Part shown: piece after piece, positions 9,098-18,625 of the stretch
Layout: the number at the start of each line of letters is the position of its first letter
How positions within the stretch are numbered: the stretch's first letter is position 1
Assembly: GCF_013214815.1 (NCBI RefSeq)
Contig: NZ_JABSPU010000001.1
Location: forward strand, 3,287 to 67,286
Direction: 5' to 3'
DNA length: 64,000 bases
DNA from: Gilvibacter sp.
GTDB lineage: Bacteria > Bacteroidota > Bacteroidia > Flavobacteriales > Flavobacteriaceae
Translations under genes and position numbers: made by a program
The notes under the pieces: generated by a model
The model's input: only the letters and a program-made list of their open reading frames with translations
Database searches by the model: none
What the model was told of the DNA's origin: nothing

Positions 9098-10003
9098 ATG
9101 TTCAATTACAAAACCCCGATCCTGTATGTTCTTACCGCAATTTTACTTTTAACTGGGTATGCACCCATCAACTCGAGCTTCAAAGGCTATGAGGAAATCA
9201 GTATCGCCGACATTGAAAATTCAGCAGCTTATGATGAACGATCAGTAATGTTTAGTGACATTAGTTATGGCGACAATGAACACCAACGTTACGACATTTA
9301 CTTACCGATCAACAGAGATCAACGCAAGACAAAAGTCTTGATCTTGTTGCATGGGGGCAGCTGGATGCACGGTGACAAACTGAATCTAAACGATATGGTA
9401 TCCTCTATGATGGAGCGCATGCCAAACGTAGCCATTGTAAACATGAACTACACCTTGGCTAGTGCAGACAACTTTGCATTCCCAACGCAATTCCATGATA
9501 TTGGAAAAGTCATAGATCATGTGACAGCGCTTTCTGGGAGTTTTGACGTTATGCCCGAGTTTGGAATCATCGGACGCAGTTCTGGTGGACACCTCGGCCT
9601 AATGTATGACAGTGTCTTTGATACTGAGGACAGAGTGAAGTTCGTGACCAGTATCGCTGGTCCAACAGACTTTACGGACCCTTACCTCAACAGAGCTGAT
9701 AATTTTGAGCTACTCTTTGAACTTTTGGTTGATCCAGAAGCTTATGGAACTAATCCCTTAGAAAGTCTAAGCCCAATTTACAACATCAACATCTTTACTT
9801 CTCCCCGACTGTTGATCTATGGGCAAGACGATAAGAAGGTGCCTTTAACTAATGGCGAGAACTACCTAGAAGCCCTACAACGCGCTGGTGTAGACAGTCA
9901 TTTAAAAGAATTTGATGCTGGTCACTCCAATGCATGGAATGACGAGCAATGGGACGAGGCATTTCTACAGATAGAAAAGGGTGTAAGACTCTACCTAAAC
10001 TAA
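9098..10003 (+). CDS. Alpha/beta hydrolase, paralog of upstream gene
   Basis: HGGSW, GRSSG, GPTDFTDP shared with upstream gene, DKKVP, AGH. Confidence 0.85.
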   Translation: MFNYKTPILYVLTAILLLTGYAPINSSFKGYEEISIADIENSAAYDERSVMFSDISYGDNEHQRYDIYLPINRDQRKTKVLILLHGGSWMHGDKLNLNDMVSSMMERMPNVAIVNMNYTLASADNFAFPTQFHDIGKVIDHVTALSGSFDVMPEFGIIGRSSGGHLGLMYDSVFDTEDRVKFVTSIAGPTDFTDPYLNRADNFELLFELLVDPEAYGTNPLESLSPIYNINIFTSPRLLIYGQDDKKVPLTNGENYLEALQRAGVDSHLKEFDAGHSNAWNDEQWDEAFLQIEKGVRLYLN

Positions 10004-10022
10004 AGAAATTACATCTGCGGAA

Positions 10023-12344
10023 TTACGAGAGAAGCTTCAGCTTAGCAAAGCGCAGCAGGAGCTTTTTGAGTCCGCCGTGTTCAAAACGAATCTCAGCTTT
10101 GGTGTCGCCCCCTACTCCCTCGAGTTTAAGGACTTCGCCTTTACCAAATTTTATATGTTCCACTAAGGATCCAACTTGAACCTCGGAGTCGCTCAGATGA
10201 GCTCCGGGGTTTGAGGTGGCTCGACTCATGGGTTTTAACCTGCGCAATTTTTCAAGTTGTTGCTGCGACGGACCTTTGGGTGGAGACCCTGCGGTAGGTT
10301 TACGTAGACGGAGCTTACTTTTATCAACTTCCCCAAAAATATCGGCATCGATAAGCGGTTTAAAGCGATGTTCGGTGATCGGAGTCAAATACTCCAGGTA
10401 TTGATCGTCTATCTCTTCTATAAAACGACTGGGTTCTGCATCGATCAGTTTGCCCCAGCGATAGCGCGATTGCGTATAGGTCAAATAAGCTTGCTTTTCA
10501 GCACGTGTCACGGCCACATAGAACAGCCTGCGCTCTTCTTCCAGTTCCGCACGGGTGTTCATGCTCATTCCCGAAGGAAACAACTCCTCCTCCATTCCAA
10601 CGATATATACATATGGAAATTCAAGACCTTTGGCTAAATGCACCGTCATTAGAGAAACACGGTCTTCATTGGTGTTGTCCTGATCCAAATCCGTGGCTAA
10701 GGCAACATCTTCCATAAATTCACTCAAAGCGCCCGTAGCGTCTGCCAACTCCTTTTGCTCTTCCACAAAATCACGAATACCGTTGAGCAATTCCTCTACG
10801 TTCTCAATCCGAGCAATTCCTTCAGGAGTTCCGTCCTTTTTGAGCTCTTGTACCAAACCGGTCTTTTTGGTGACGTGCTCAGTGATCTGGAATGCGTCAT
10901 AGGACTCATTCAAAACTTGAAAGCTTCTGATCATCGCGCAGAAATCCAAAAGTTTCTGCTGGGTACCGCGATTGATCTTTAACTCCAGCTTTTCAATATT
11001 TTCCATCACTTCAAAAACGGAACGGTTGTAGTGATTGGCCGCAACGATCAATCGGTCAATGGTAGTTTGTCCAATACCCCTGGCTGGATAATTGATCACC
11101 CGCTTGAGTGATTCCTCATCCTTCGGGTTGAGAATCAAACGCAAATACGCCAAGACATCTTTGATCTCTTTGCGCTGGTAAAAACTCAAGCCGCCGTAAA
11201 TACGATACGGAATATCTTTTTTACGCAAGGCATCTTCCATTGCGCGAGACTGCGCATTGGTACGGTACAGAATGGCAAAATCTCTGTTGGCCAACTGATG
11301 CTGCATTTTTTGCTCAAAGATGGAACTGGCCACAAAGCGCCCTTCATCCCCATCGGTCATGGTGCGATTCACCATGATCTTTGGGCCGTCTTCATTGGCT
11401 GTCCAAACTGTTTTTTCAAGCTTGGTCTTATTCTTATCAATGATGCTGTTGGCCGCTTCTACGATATTTTTTGTGGATCGATAGTTTTGCTCCAAACGAT
11501 ACACTTTTACGTCATCATAATCCTTTTGGAAGTTGAGGATATTGTTGATGTTGGCCCCTCTAAATGCATAGATACTCTGAGCGTCATCTCCTACGACGCA
11601 GATGTTTTGAAAACGATCGGACAAGGCCCGAACGATCAAATACTGGCTGTGGTTGGTATCTTGGTACTCATCCACCAAAATGTATCGGAATCTATCCTGA
11701 TACTTAGCCAAGACCTCCGGAAAGCGTGTCAAGAGCTCATTAGTCCTCAAGAGTAGATCGTCAAAGTCCATAGCGCCTGCCTTAAAGCATTTGTCCACAT
11801 AGGCTTTGTAGATCTCGCCTAAACGCGGCATTTTGGCCATGGCATCTGCTTCCTGCAGTTCTGGATTCTGAAAATAGGCCTTTACGGTGATCAAGCTGTT
11901 CTTATAGCTGCTGATGCGGTTATAGACCTGCTTGTATTTATATATGTCTTTATCCAGCTGCATCTCTTTGATGATGCTTCGGATCACACTCTGGGAGTCT
12001 TGAGTATCGTAAATAGTGAAATTCGATGGATAACCGAGCTTGTCCGCCTCAAAACGCAAGATCTTTGCAAAGATGGAGTGAAAGGTTCCCATCCACAGAT
12101 TCTTAGCCTCACTTGCACCGACAATCTTTGCAATACGCGATTTCATTTCACGAGCCGCCTTATTGGTAAAGGTCAAAGCTAAAATATTGAACGGATCTAC
12201 ACCTTGTTGCATTAGGTAAGCAATGCGAAAAGTCAGCACCCGAGTCTTTCCAGACCCAGCGCCTGCAATAACAATCATAGCTCCGTCCTTCTGCAGCACA
12301 GGCGCGCGCTGCGCATCGTTCAATTCGTTTAAAAAGTCTTGCAA
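10023..12344 (-). CDS. uvrD: UvrD/PcrA ATP-dependent DNA helicase
   Basis: AGAGSGKT, TFTNKAA, DEYQD, EERRLFYVAVTRA, C-terminal Tudor-like domain; TTG at 12344 preferred over track start 12401. Confidence 0.92.
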   Translation of the reverse strand: MQDFLNELNDAQRAPVLQKDGAMIVIAGAGSGKTRVLTFRIAYLMQQGVDPFNILALTFTNKAAREMKSRIAKIVGASEAKNLWMGTFHSIFAKILRFEADKLGYPSNFTIYDTQDSQSVIRSIIKEMQLDKDIYKYKQVYNRISSYKNSLITVKAYFQNPELQEADAMAKMPRLGEIYKAYVDKCFKAGAMDFDDLLLRTNELLTRFPEVLAKYQDRFRYILVDEYQDTNHSQYLIVRALSDRFQNICVVGDDAQSIYAFRGANINNILNFQKDYDDVKVYRLEQNYRSTKNIVEAANSIIDKNKTKLEKTVWTANEDGPKIMVNRTMTDGDEGRFVASSIFEQKMQHQLANRDFAILYRTNAQSRAMEDALRKKDIPYRIYGGLSFYQRKEIKDVLAYLRLILNPKDEESLKRVINYPARGIGQTTIDRLIVAANHYNRSVFEVMENIEKLELKINRGTQQKLLDFCAMIRSFQVLNESYDAFQITEHVTKKTGLVQELKKDGTPEGIARIENVEELLNGIRDFVEEQKELADATGALSEFMEDVALATDLDQDNTNEDRVSLMTVHLAKGLEFPYVYIVGMEEELFPSGMSMNTRAELEEERRLFYVAVTRAEKQAYLTYTQSRYRWGKLIDAEPSRFIEEIDDQYLEYLTPITEHRFKPLIDADIFGEVDKSKLRLRKPTAGSPPKGPSQQQLEKLRRLKPMSRATSNPGAHLSDSEVQVGSLVEHIKFGKGEVLKLEGVGGDTKAEIRFEHGGLKKLLLRFAKLKLLS

Positions 12345-12527
12345 AATACTTGCTTTGGAAGTCCTAATTTCAGGAATGTGAAAATAGGCATTTCGAGACA
12401 AATTCTAAATGAGAGAAGACAATATTTATAAACATATCCGCAGTAATTTATGAATGAATTAGCAGCTGCTCGATTCCTTTTTTGGAGTTCTGAGATATCC
12501 GTATATTTAAGCATCCTATCATACTAA

Positions 12528-13064
12528 ATGAAATCTCTTTTAATCTTCTTTTTGTTCGGATTAACTCTGGCTGTAGCTCAGAATACGCGTATTGAAGGTG
12601 TTGTCATTTCAGAGTTTGGAAGTACCTATAATGTACCCAAGCTCGACATTCCTTTGGATACAACGCAGACCTTTAAAGTGCTTTTTGATTTAAGCGCAGC
12701 TCCAGAAGATCCCGGACAACTCAGCGGCTATATCAACACTGTAGCCCGTTTTATCAATATGCATGTCGGGGCAGGTAAACCGCAAAACCAGTTACAAGTA
12801 GCTGCAGTATTTCACGGAAATGCGAGTTATAGTCTTTTGCGAAATGACCTCTACAAAGAAAAATTTGGTGTAGACAATCCTAACTTAGAATTGATTCAGG
12901 CCTTACAGGCTGCCGATGTGGACATCATTCTCTGCGGACAGACCGCCGGACACCGAAACTTATCTGATGACCGTCGAATCCCGGGCGTTCAAATGGCACT
13001 CTCCACCATGACGGCCATGATTCAATTGCAACAACAGGGCTATACCATTATAAATTTCAATTAA
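12528..13064 (+). CDS. Exported DsrE-family protein
   Basis: Signal peptide (AVA|QN), FINMH, VFHG, LCGQT motif. Confidence 0.75.
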   Translation: MKSLLIFFLFGLTLAVAQNTRIEGVVISEFGSTYNVPKLDIPLDTTQTFKVLFDLSAAPEDPGQLSGYINTVARFINMHVGAGKPQNQLQVAAVFHGNASYSLLRNDLYKEKFGVDNPNLELIQALQAADVDIILCGQTAGHRNLSDDRRIPGVQMALSTMTAMIQLQQQGYTIINFN

Positions 13065-13089
13065 AGTTCAACAATTAAAACACCATCAT

Positions 13090-14361
13090 ATGCGTAGCTT
13101 AATTCTATCCCTAGTGGCTCTCGCGAGCGTTTTACCAAGCTTTTCACAGGCTAGTTTGGATGCAGATATTGCAGCCATAGAAAGTAAAGTGATTGAATGG
13201 CGTAGATATTTCCATCAAAATCCGGAGCTCTCCAATAGAGAGTTTAACACGGCTAAGAAAATTGCAGAACACCTCACAAGTTTAGGCATGGAAGTTCAGA
13301 CAAATATCGCAATTACTGGTGTGGTAGGAATTCTTAAGGGTAATCGACCAGGAAAAGTCTTGGCGCTGCGTGCCGATATTGATGCGCTTCCGGTTACAGA
13401 GCGCAATGACTTAGACTTTAAAAGTACGGTAACCACAACTTTTAGAGGGGTGGAAACCGGCGTGATGCATGCCTGCGGACACGATACGCATATTGCTATT
13501 TTAATGGGAGTTGCGGAGATCTTTGCCAAAAATAACGACTTCCCAGGAACCATTAAGTTCATCTTTCAGCCAGCGGAAGAAGGCGCACCTCCAGGAGAAG
13601 AAGGTGGAGCTGAACTCATGGTAAAAGAAGGAGTTTTAAAGAATCCTGATGTAGATGCGATCTTTGGATTGCACATATCCTCTCAGCAACCAGTAGGCTT
13701 AATTTCCTATAAGCCTGGAGGAATCATGGCGGCCTCGCAGAGTTTTGAGATCACCGTAAAAGGAAAACAAACGCACGGTTCACAACCTTGGGGTGGTGTG
13801 GACCCGATCATGGCAGCCGTGAAGATCATTGATGGACTGCAAACCATCATCTCTAGAGAATCTCCGCTGACCCAAGAAGCGGCAGTACTTTCAATCGGGA
13901 AGATCACAGGTGGTGTACGTAGTAATATTATTCCAGAAGAGGTGCAAATTGTCGGAACCTTGAGAACCTTGGATAAAAACATGCAAGCCTTCATCAACAA
14001 ACGCATGAAAGAAATGGTCCCAGCCATTGCTACGGCTTATCGCGCGGAAGCCAGTATAGAGATCGCCACCGGCTATCCGATCACATATAACGATCCTGCC
14101 TTAACGGCGCAGATGCTACCATCGCTACAAGAGGCGGCAGGAGCGGCTAATGTCATTGAGACCAAAGCAGTAACTGGTGCTGAAGATTTCTCTTTCTTTG
14201 CTCAGGAAGTTCCTGGTCTGTACTTCTTTTTAGGCGGAAAAGCTCCTGGTGGGCAGCAAGCCTATCCGCATCACACTCCAGATTTTAAAATCGACGAGTC
14301 TGGAATGCTACTGGGCGTCAAAGCCTTTATTCAACTCAGTATGGACTATTTGAACAACTAA
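13090..14361 (+). CDS. Exported M20D amidohydrolase
   Basis: HQNPELS, RADIDALP, MHACGHD, FQPAEEG, GAEDF, HHTPDF; signal peptide. Confidence 0.9.
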   Translation: MRSLILSLVALASVLPSFSQASLDADIAAIESKVIEWRRYFHQNPELSNREFNTAKKIAEHLTSLGMEVQTNIAITGVVGILKGNRPGKVLALRADIDALPVTERNDLDFKSTVTTTFRGVETGVMHACGHDTHIAILMGVAEIFAKNNDFPGTIKFIFQPAEEGAPPGEEGGAELMVKEGVLKNPDVDAIFGLHISSQQPVGLISYKPGGIMAASQSFEITVKGKQTHGSQPWGGVDPIMAAVKIIDGLQTIISRESPLTQEAAVLSIGKITGGVRSNIIPEEVQIVGTLRTLDKNMQAFINKRMKEMVPAIATAYRAEASIEIATGYPITYNDPALTAQMLPSLQEAAGAANVIETKAVTGAEDFSFFAQEVPGLYFFLGGKAPGGQQAYPHHTPDFKIDESGMLLGVKAFIQLSMDYLNN

Positions 14362-14365
14362 TTTC

Positions 14366-15931
14366 ATGGATGACTTTTTAGACTTTTTAGGCGGAATCCC
14401 TTGGTGGGCGTGGCTTTTGATCGTTTTAGGTTTGATTGCCTTACGCGATGTTTTGCAGCGCAAGCACACCATCAGTCACAACTTCCCGGTTATTGGACAT
14501 ATTCGATATATGCTGGAAAGCATTGGACCTGAATTGCGGCAGTATTTAGTCGCTAACAACAGGGAGGAGCTCCCGTTTAACCGAATTGAACGCGGTTGGA
14601 TCTATGCCTCGGCTAAAAAGGAAAACAATTATGAAGGCTTCGGAACCGATAGAGATATCTACGCCTATCATCATTTGTTTATCAACAATGCGATGATCCC
14701 CTATAAAATCGGAAAAGATCATCCCAATAAAACTGACAAAAGCTTTTTGCCTTGCGCCAAGGTGATGGGAGCTTACAACAAACGTAAGCGCCCTTTCCGC
14801 CCAGGCTCAGTGATCAATATTAGTGCGATGAGCTTTGGTTCGCTCTCAGCGAAGGCCGTGGAATCGCTTAATATTGGAGCTCATAAAGCACACGCTTACC
14901 ACAACACAGGAGAAGGCGGGCTGTCTCCGTATCACTGTAAAGGCGCCGACGTGGTCTTCCACTTCGGGACGGGTTACTTTGGCGTTCGCGATCCCGACGG
15001 AACGTTTTCAATGGAGAAAATGAAGCAGCTGGTTGCAGACAACCCACACGTTAGAGCCATTGAGGTCAAACTCTCTCAAGGAGCCAAGCCCGGAAAAGGA
15101 GGCGTGCTTCCTGGAAAAAAGATCACCAAAGAGATCGCGGATATCCGTGGGGTTGAAATTGGGAAAGACGTACTCTCTCCTCCTACCCACTCTGCTTTTT
15201 CAACAGTTCCTGAATTGTTGGATTTTATAGAGGATATTGCTCAAAACACCGGTCTCCCTGTAGGTATTAAAGCAGCTATTGGAAAATTGGATCAATGGAA
15301 GGAATTGGCCCGTGAGATGAAGGAACGTGGCACAGGCCCCGACTTTATCACCATTGATGGAGGTGAAGGTGGAACCGGAGCAGCACCTCCTAGTTTTGCA
15401 GACCACGTCTCTCTGCCTTGGATCTACGGTTTTGCAGACCTCTATAAACTCTTCCAAACTGCGGGTCTGACGGAGCGTATCGTATTTGTTGGCAGCGGAA
15501 AGCTCGGCTTTCCGGCTAAAGCCGCAATGGCCTTTTCTATGGGGGTTGATGTGATCAATGTAGCCCGCGAGGCCATGATGAGTATTGGTTGTATTCAGGC
15601 GCAGATCTGCCATACCAACCGCTGTCCGAGTGGGGTTGCTACGCAGTCCAAGTGGTTGCAACGCGGTATTGACGTTCCTTTAAAATCAGATCGACTGGAT
15701 CAATACTTTAAAACCTTTAGAAAAGAACTTATTGAGATCACACATGCTTCAGGCTATGAGCATCCCTGCCAGTTTACTATGGAAGACGTGGAACTCAATA
15801 TGGACGACAAGAATTTATCGCAAGACATGCGATCGACCTTTAAATACATAAAACAGCCCGTTCCTTTTGAAGGAATGCAGTCTTTAAAAGATTGCATACA
15901 TTTGGGAGGAAGCTACCAAACATCAAATTAA
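14366..15931 (+). CDS. FMN-binding glutamate synthase family protein
   Basis: SAMSFGSLS, NTGEGG, EVKLSQGAKPGKGG, DGGEGGTGAAP, Cys cluster GCIQAQICHTNRCPSGVAT; N-terminal TM. Confidence 0.9.
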   Translation: MDDFLDFLGGIPWWAWLLIVLGLIALRDVLQRKHTISHNFPVIGHIRYMLESIGPELRQYLVANNREELPFNRIERGWIYASAKKENNYEGFGTDRDIYAYHHLFINNAMIPYKIGKDHPNKTDKSFLPCAKVMGAYNKRKRPFRPGSVINISAMSFGSLSAKAVESLNIGAHKAHAYHNTGEGGLSPYHCKGADVVFHFGTGYFGVRDPDGTFSMEKMKQLVADNPHVRAIEVKLSQGAKPGKGGVLPGKKITKEIADIRGVEIGKDVLSPPTHSAFSTVPELLDFIEDIAQNTGLPVGIKAAIGKLDQWKELAREMKERGTGPDFITIDGGEGGTGAAPPSFADHVSLPWIYGFADLYKLFQTAGLTERIVFVGSGKLGFPAKAAMAFSMGVDVINVAREAMMSIGCIQAQICHTNRCPSGVATQSKWLQRGIDVPLKSDRLDQYFKTFRKELIEITHASGYEHPCQFTMEDVELNMDDKNLSQDMRSTFKYIKQPVPFEGMQSLKDCIHLGGSYQTSN

Positions 15932-15935
15932 TACT

Positions 15936-16457
15936 ATGGAAATTGAACAGGTCTTAGGTTATGTCGCCTACTTATTGCCCGCCATTTTGGTTGGAATCGT
16001 TGCCTATTACTTTTTTAAGGGTCACACGGCCAATGAAGAAGGTCGCAGACGCTACCTCATTCAACAAGAAGCACAAAAGAACACCATTCCCATGCGTTTG
16101 CAAGCCTATGAGCGTCTAACCTTGTTCTTAGAGCGCATAGACCCAAACCGTCTTTTAACGCGAGTCAAACCTACCGGAAACAGCCTAGAGAACTACGAAA
16201 GCCTCTTGATTCGCAATATTGAGCAGGAATTTGATCACAATATCTCACAGCAGATCTATGTCTCTCAAGAATGCTGGAATTTGATCAATGCCGCTAAAAA
16301 TGCGACCATTCACGTGATTCGCCAAGGGGTGATGCATGAGAAAGACAGCTCCCCGGACAATTTACGACAGTATTTATTGACCAATTTTATGGACGATGTA
16401 ACTCCGTCTCAAAAGGCACTGGCCTATATCAGAAAAGAGGTTTCTGAATTATTCTAA
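15936..16457 (+). CDS. Conserved hypothetical single-pass membrane protein
   Basis: N-terminal TM, RLQAYERLTLFLERI and EFDHNISQQIYVS blocks. Confidence 0.7.
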   Translation: MEIEQVLGYVAYLLPAILVGIVAYYFFKGHTANEEGRRRYLIQQEAQKNTIPMRLQAYERLTLFLERIDPNRLLTRVKPTGNSLENYESLLIRNIEQEFDHNISQQIYVSQECWNLINAAKNATIHVIRQGVMHEKDSSPDNLRQYLLTNFMDDVTPSQKALAYIRKEVSELF

Positions 16458-18509
16458 CACCCGCTGCAAATAGTCTTGTTCTTTTTGAGTTAAGTCAGAT
16501 CTAAAAGATTGAATGGATTGAAGCGCGATTGGGTTGTCCAATTGCCGCTTTAGGAGTTCGCGTGCCTGATTGCGGAACCTCCAGTTGGGATGTACACAAG
16601 CATTAATCATGGACTTAAGGACCTGTTCATTGATGATCTGAATCTCCGATAAATAGTTGAGCGCCAATTCGCGTACCTCAAAACTATAGGTGTCTGAGGC
16701 GTACTCCATCAGTTCTCGGATATAATCGCGTTTTTTAGCCTCCTTGTAGTTCGGAGTTACTATGGCTAGGGTGAGCCATAATTGCCTAATATTTTTCTCT
16801 TTAAAGCCTACGGCGGAGGCCATTCGATCTAAATACCTCGATCTATCCTGCGGAAAACTACTCCACAAACGATACAGCGCCAACTCCTGCGTCACATAGG
16901 AATCATCCGTCAGCAAAGCTTCAAAATCTCCTTTAATGGCCAGAGGAATATTGTCCAAACTCTGCGCCACAGCCTGACGGACCAAAACGTGTTCATCGGC
17001 CAAAGCTGCCGTATACAAGGATAAACTCAGGTTCATCGGTTCTCCTGAGAGTTGGAAGACGGCCTCCTGCCCCAAGTATTCATTCTCACTGCTTAAAGCA
17101 GCAGCGATTTGTCTTTGTTTAGCGGCTAAATCTTGAGTTCGTAAAGCTTCTAGTGAAAGGTAAGCTGTGATAAATTCTGACTGTGTCAAATAATCCAGCG
17201 CCCAGGCAGATTTAAAAGAAGTCTGGTCAATCCATTGCTTTCGGAATTCGGTCATGTCCTTAGCTGTAACCTCAGTGACCACAGCGAAGAAGTCATCCAA
17301 AGTAGCATTATCAAAAGCGAAGCGCTCCAAATAGGTTTTTATGACTCGATCAAAATCGAAAGTACCCAACAACTCGTCCAACGCAATTAAAGCCCAAGTA
17401 CCCTTCTCATAAAAGGTGAGCGAGCTTGCCTTGGGATTGGACAAGGCTTCCCCTTTTCCAGTATCACTACGACTGCGCAGCTGTTCTGCCGTGTTAAAGA
17501 GCTTCCAGTAATAATAATCGTCTCCAAAAAGCTCGCGTTCCGCCAATAGCGCGTAATAACTGGCAAAGCCCTCATGGAGCCAATGATCCGCAGCAGAGAC
17601 CTCTGTGACGTAGTTGCCAAACCATTGATGGGCCAATTCATGAGCGTTTACGTTCACATAATTCTTATCGTTAAAGCCAATACTATCCACCACAAAAGCA
17701 GAGGAAAACACCGTTGCCGTGGTATTCTCCATTCCGGCATAGAGGAAATCACGTACGGGAACTTGTTTGTAATTAGGCCATGGATAAGGCACTCCAATTT
17801 TACCTTCCATAAAATCAAAGATCTCCTTGGTGTAGCGGTAGGTAGGCTCTACGTAAGCTTCGTCGCCCTTTAAATAATAGTTCTCAAGAGGTACTCCAGA
17901 ACTTGAGCGCAACTCTTGTTTTTCATACTTTCCAATGGCAATCATCGCTAAATAACTCGACATGGGATGAGTCATATCAAAACCCCACTGCGTGCTTCCA
18001 TTTAAAGTATCCTTGGAAACAAGACGCCCATTAGAGATTACGGTAAAGTCTTCATCCTTCAGCATTACATACAAATCAAAGATGATCTTATCGGTCATAT
18101 CATCTAAACTCGGCAACCAATGACTGGTATATTTACCTTGACCTTGGGTCCAAACCTGATCGTTAAAGAAATACATCGTTTGTTGGGGCGCGGTTAAATA
18201 ATAGATATCAGCAGCATAACTGTTCCCTGCTTTGAAGTCTCCGACAAACCAAAGCTTATCTTTAGTAGCCTCAGCATTAAATTTTTCTTCACTACTAAAA
18301 GATCCAATCTCGATTTCATGCGCATTCATAAAAATGGAATCCGTATCCTTTAGAACATCGAACTCGATACGTGCGTTCACACTGATGTATGCCGAATTTA
18401 CAGCAGGTTTCACATTCGCTGCAATACGAGTAAAATCTACAACTGATTTTTGTTGACTGTAGCTGCTATAACAGATCAACAATAAAAAAATACAAAGAGA
18501 AATTCGCAT
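16449..18509 (-). CDS. Exported M1 family aminopeptidase with HEAT-like C-terminus
   Basis: AGMEN, HELAHQWFG-x-LHEGFASY (HEXXH-X18-E), signal peptide. Confidence 0.9.
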   Translation of the reverse strand: MRISLCIFLLLICYSSYSQQKSVVDFTRIAANVKPAVNSAYISVNARIEFDVLKDTDSIFMNAHEIEIGSFSSEEKFNAEATKDKLWFVGDFKAGNSYAADIYYLTAPQQTMYFFNDQVWTQGQGKYTSHWLPSLDDMTDKIIFDLYVMLKDEDFTVISNGRLVSKDTLNGSTQWGFDMTHPMSSYLAMIAIGKYEKQELRSSSGVPLENYYLKGDEAYVEPTYRYTKEIFDFMEGKIGVPYPWPNYKQVPVRDFLYAGMENTTATVFSSAFVVDSIGFNDKNYVNVNAHELAHQWFGNYVTEVSAADHWLHEGFASYYALLAERELFGDDYYYWKLFNTAEQLRSRSDTGKGEALSNPKASSLTFYEKGTWALIALDELLGTFDFDRVIKTYLERFAFDNATLDDFFAVVTEVTAKDMTEFRKQWIDQTSFKSAWALDYLTQSEFITAYLSLEALRTQDLAAKQRQIAAALSSENEYLGQEAVFQLSGEPMNLSLSLYTAALADEHVLVRQAVAQSLDNIPLAIKGDFEALLTDDSYVTQELALYRLWSSFPQDRSRYLDRMASAVGFKEKNIRQLWLTLAIVTPNYKEAKKRDYIRELMEYASDTYSFEVRELALNYLSEIQIINEQVLKSMINACVHPNWRFRNQARELLKRQLDNPIALQSIQSFRSDLTQKEQDYLQRVLE

Positions 18510-18625
18510 ATCCGCAAATTAACCAAAAGCCACAACAAACCACGGTTAGGACAGGAAACATTAACAATCCCATGAACTTTTTAACAATGGTAGGCTGTGG
18601 CTGGGGAAACAATTATTTTTAAATA

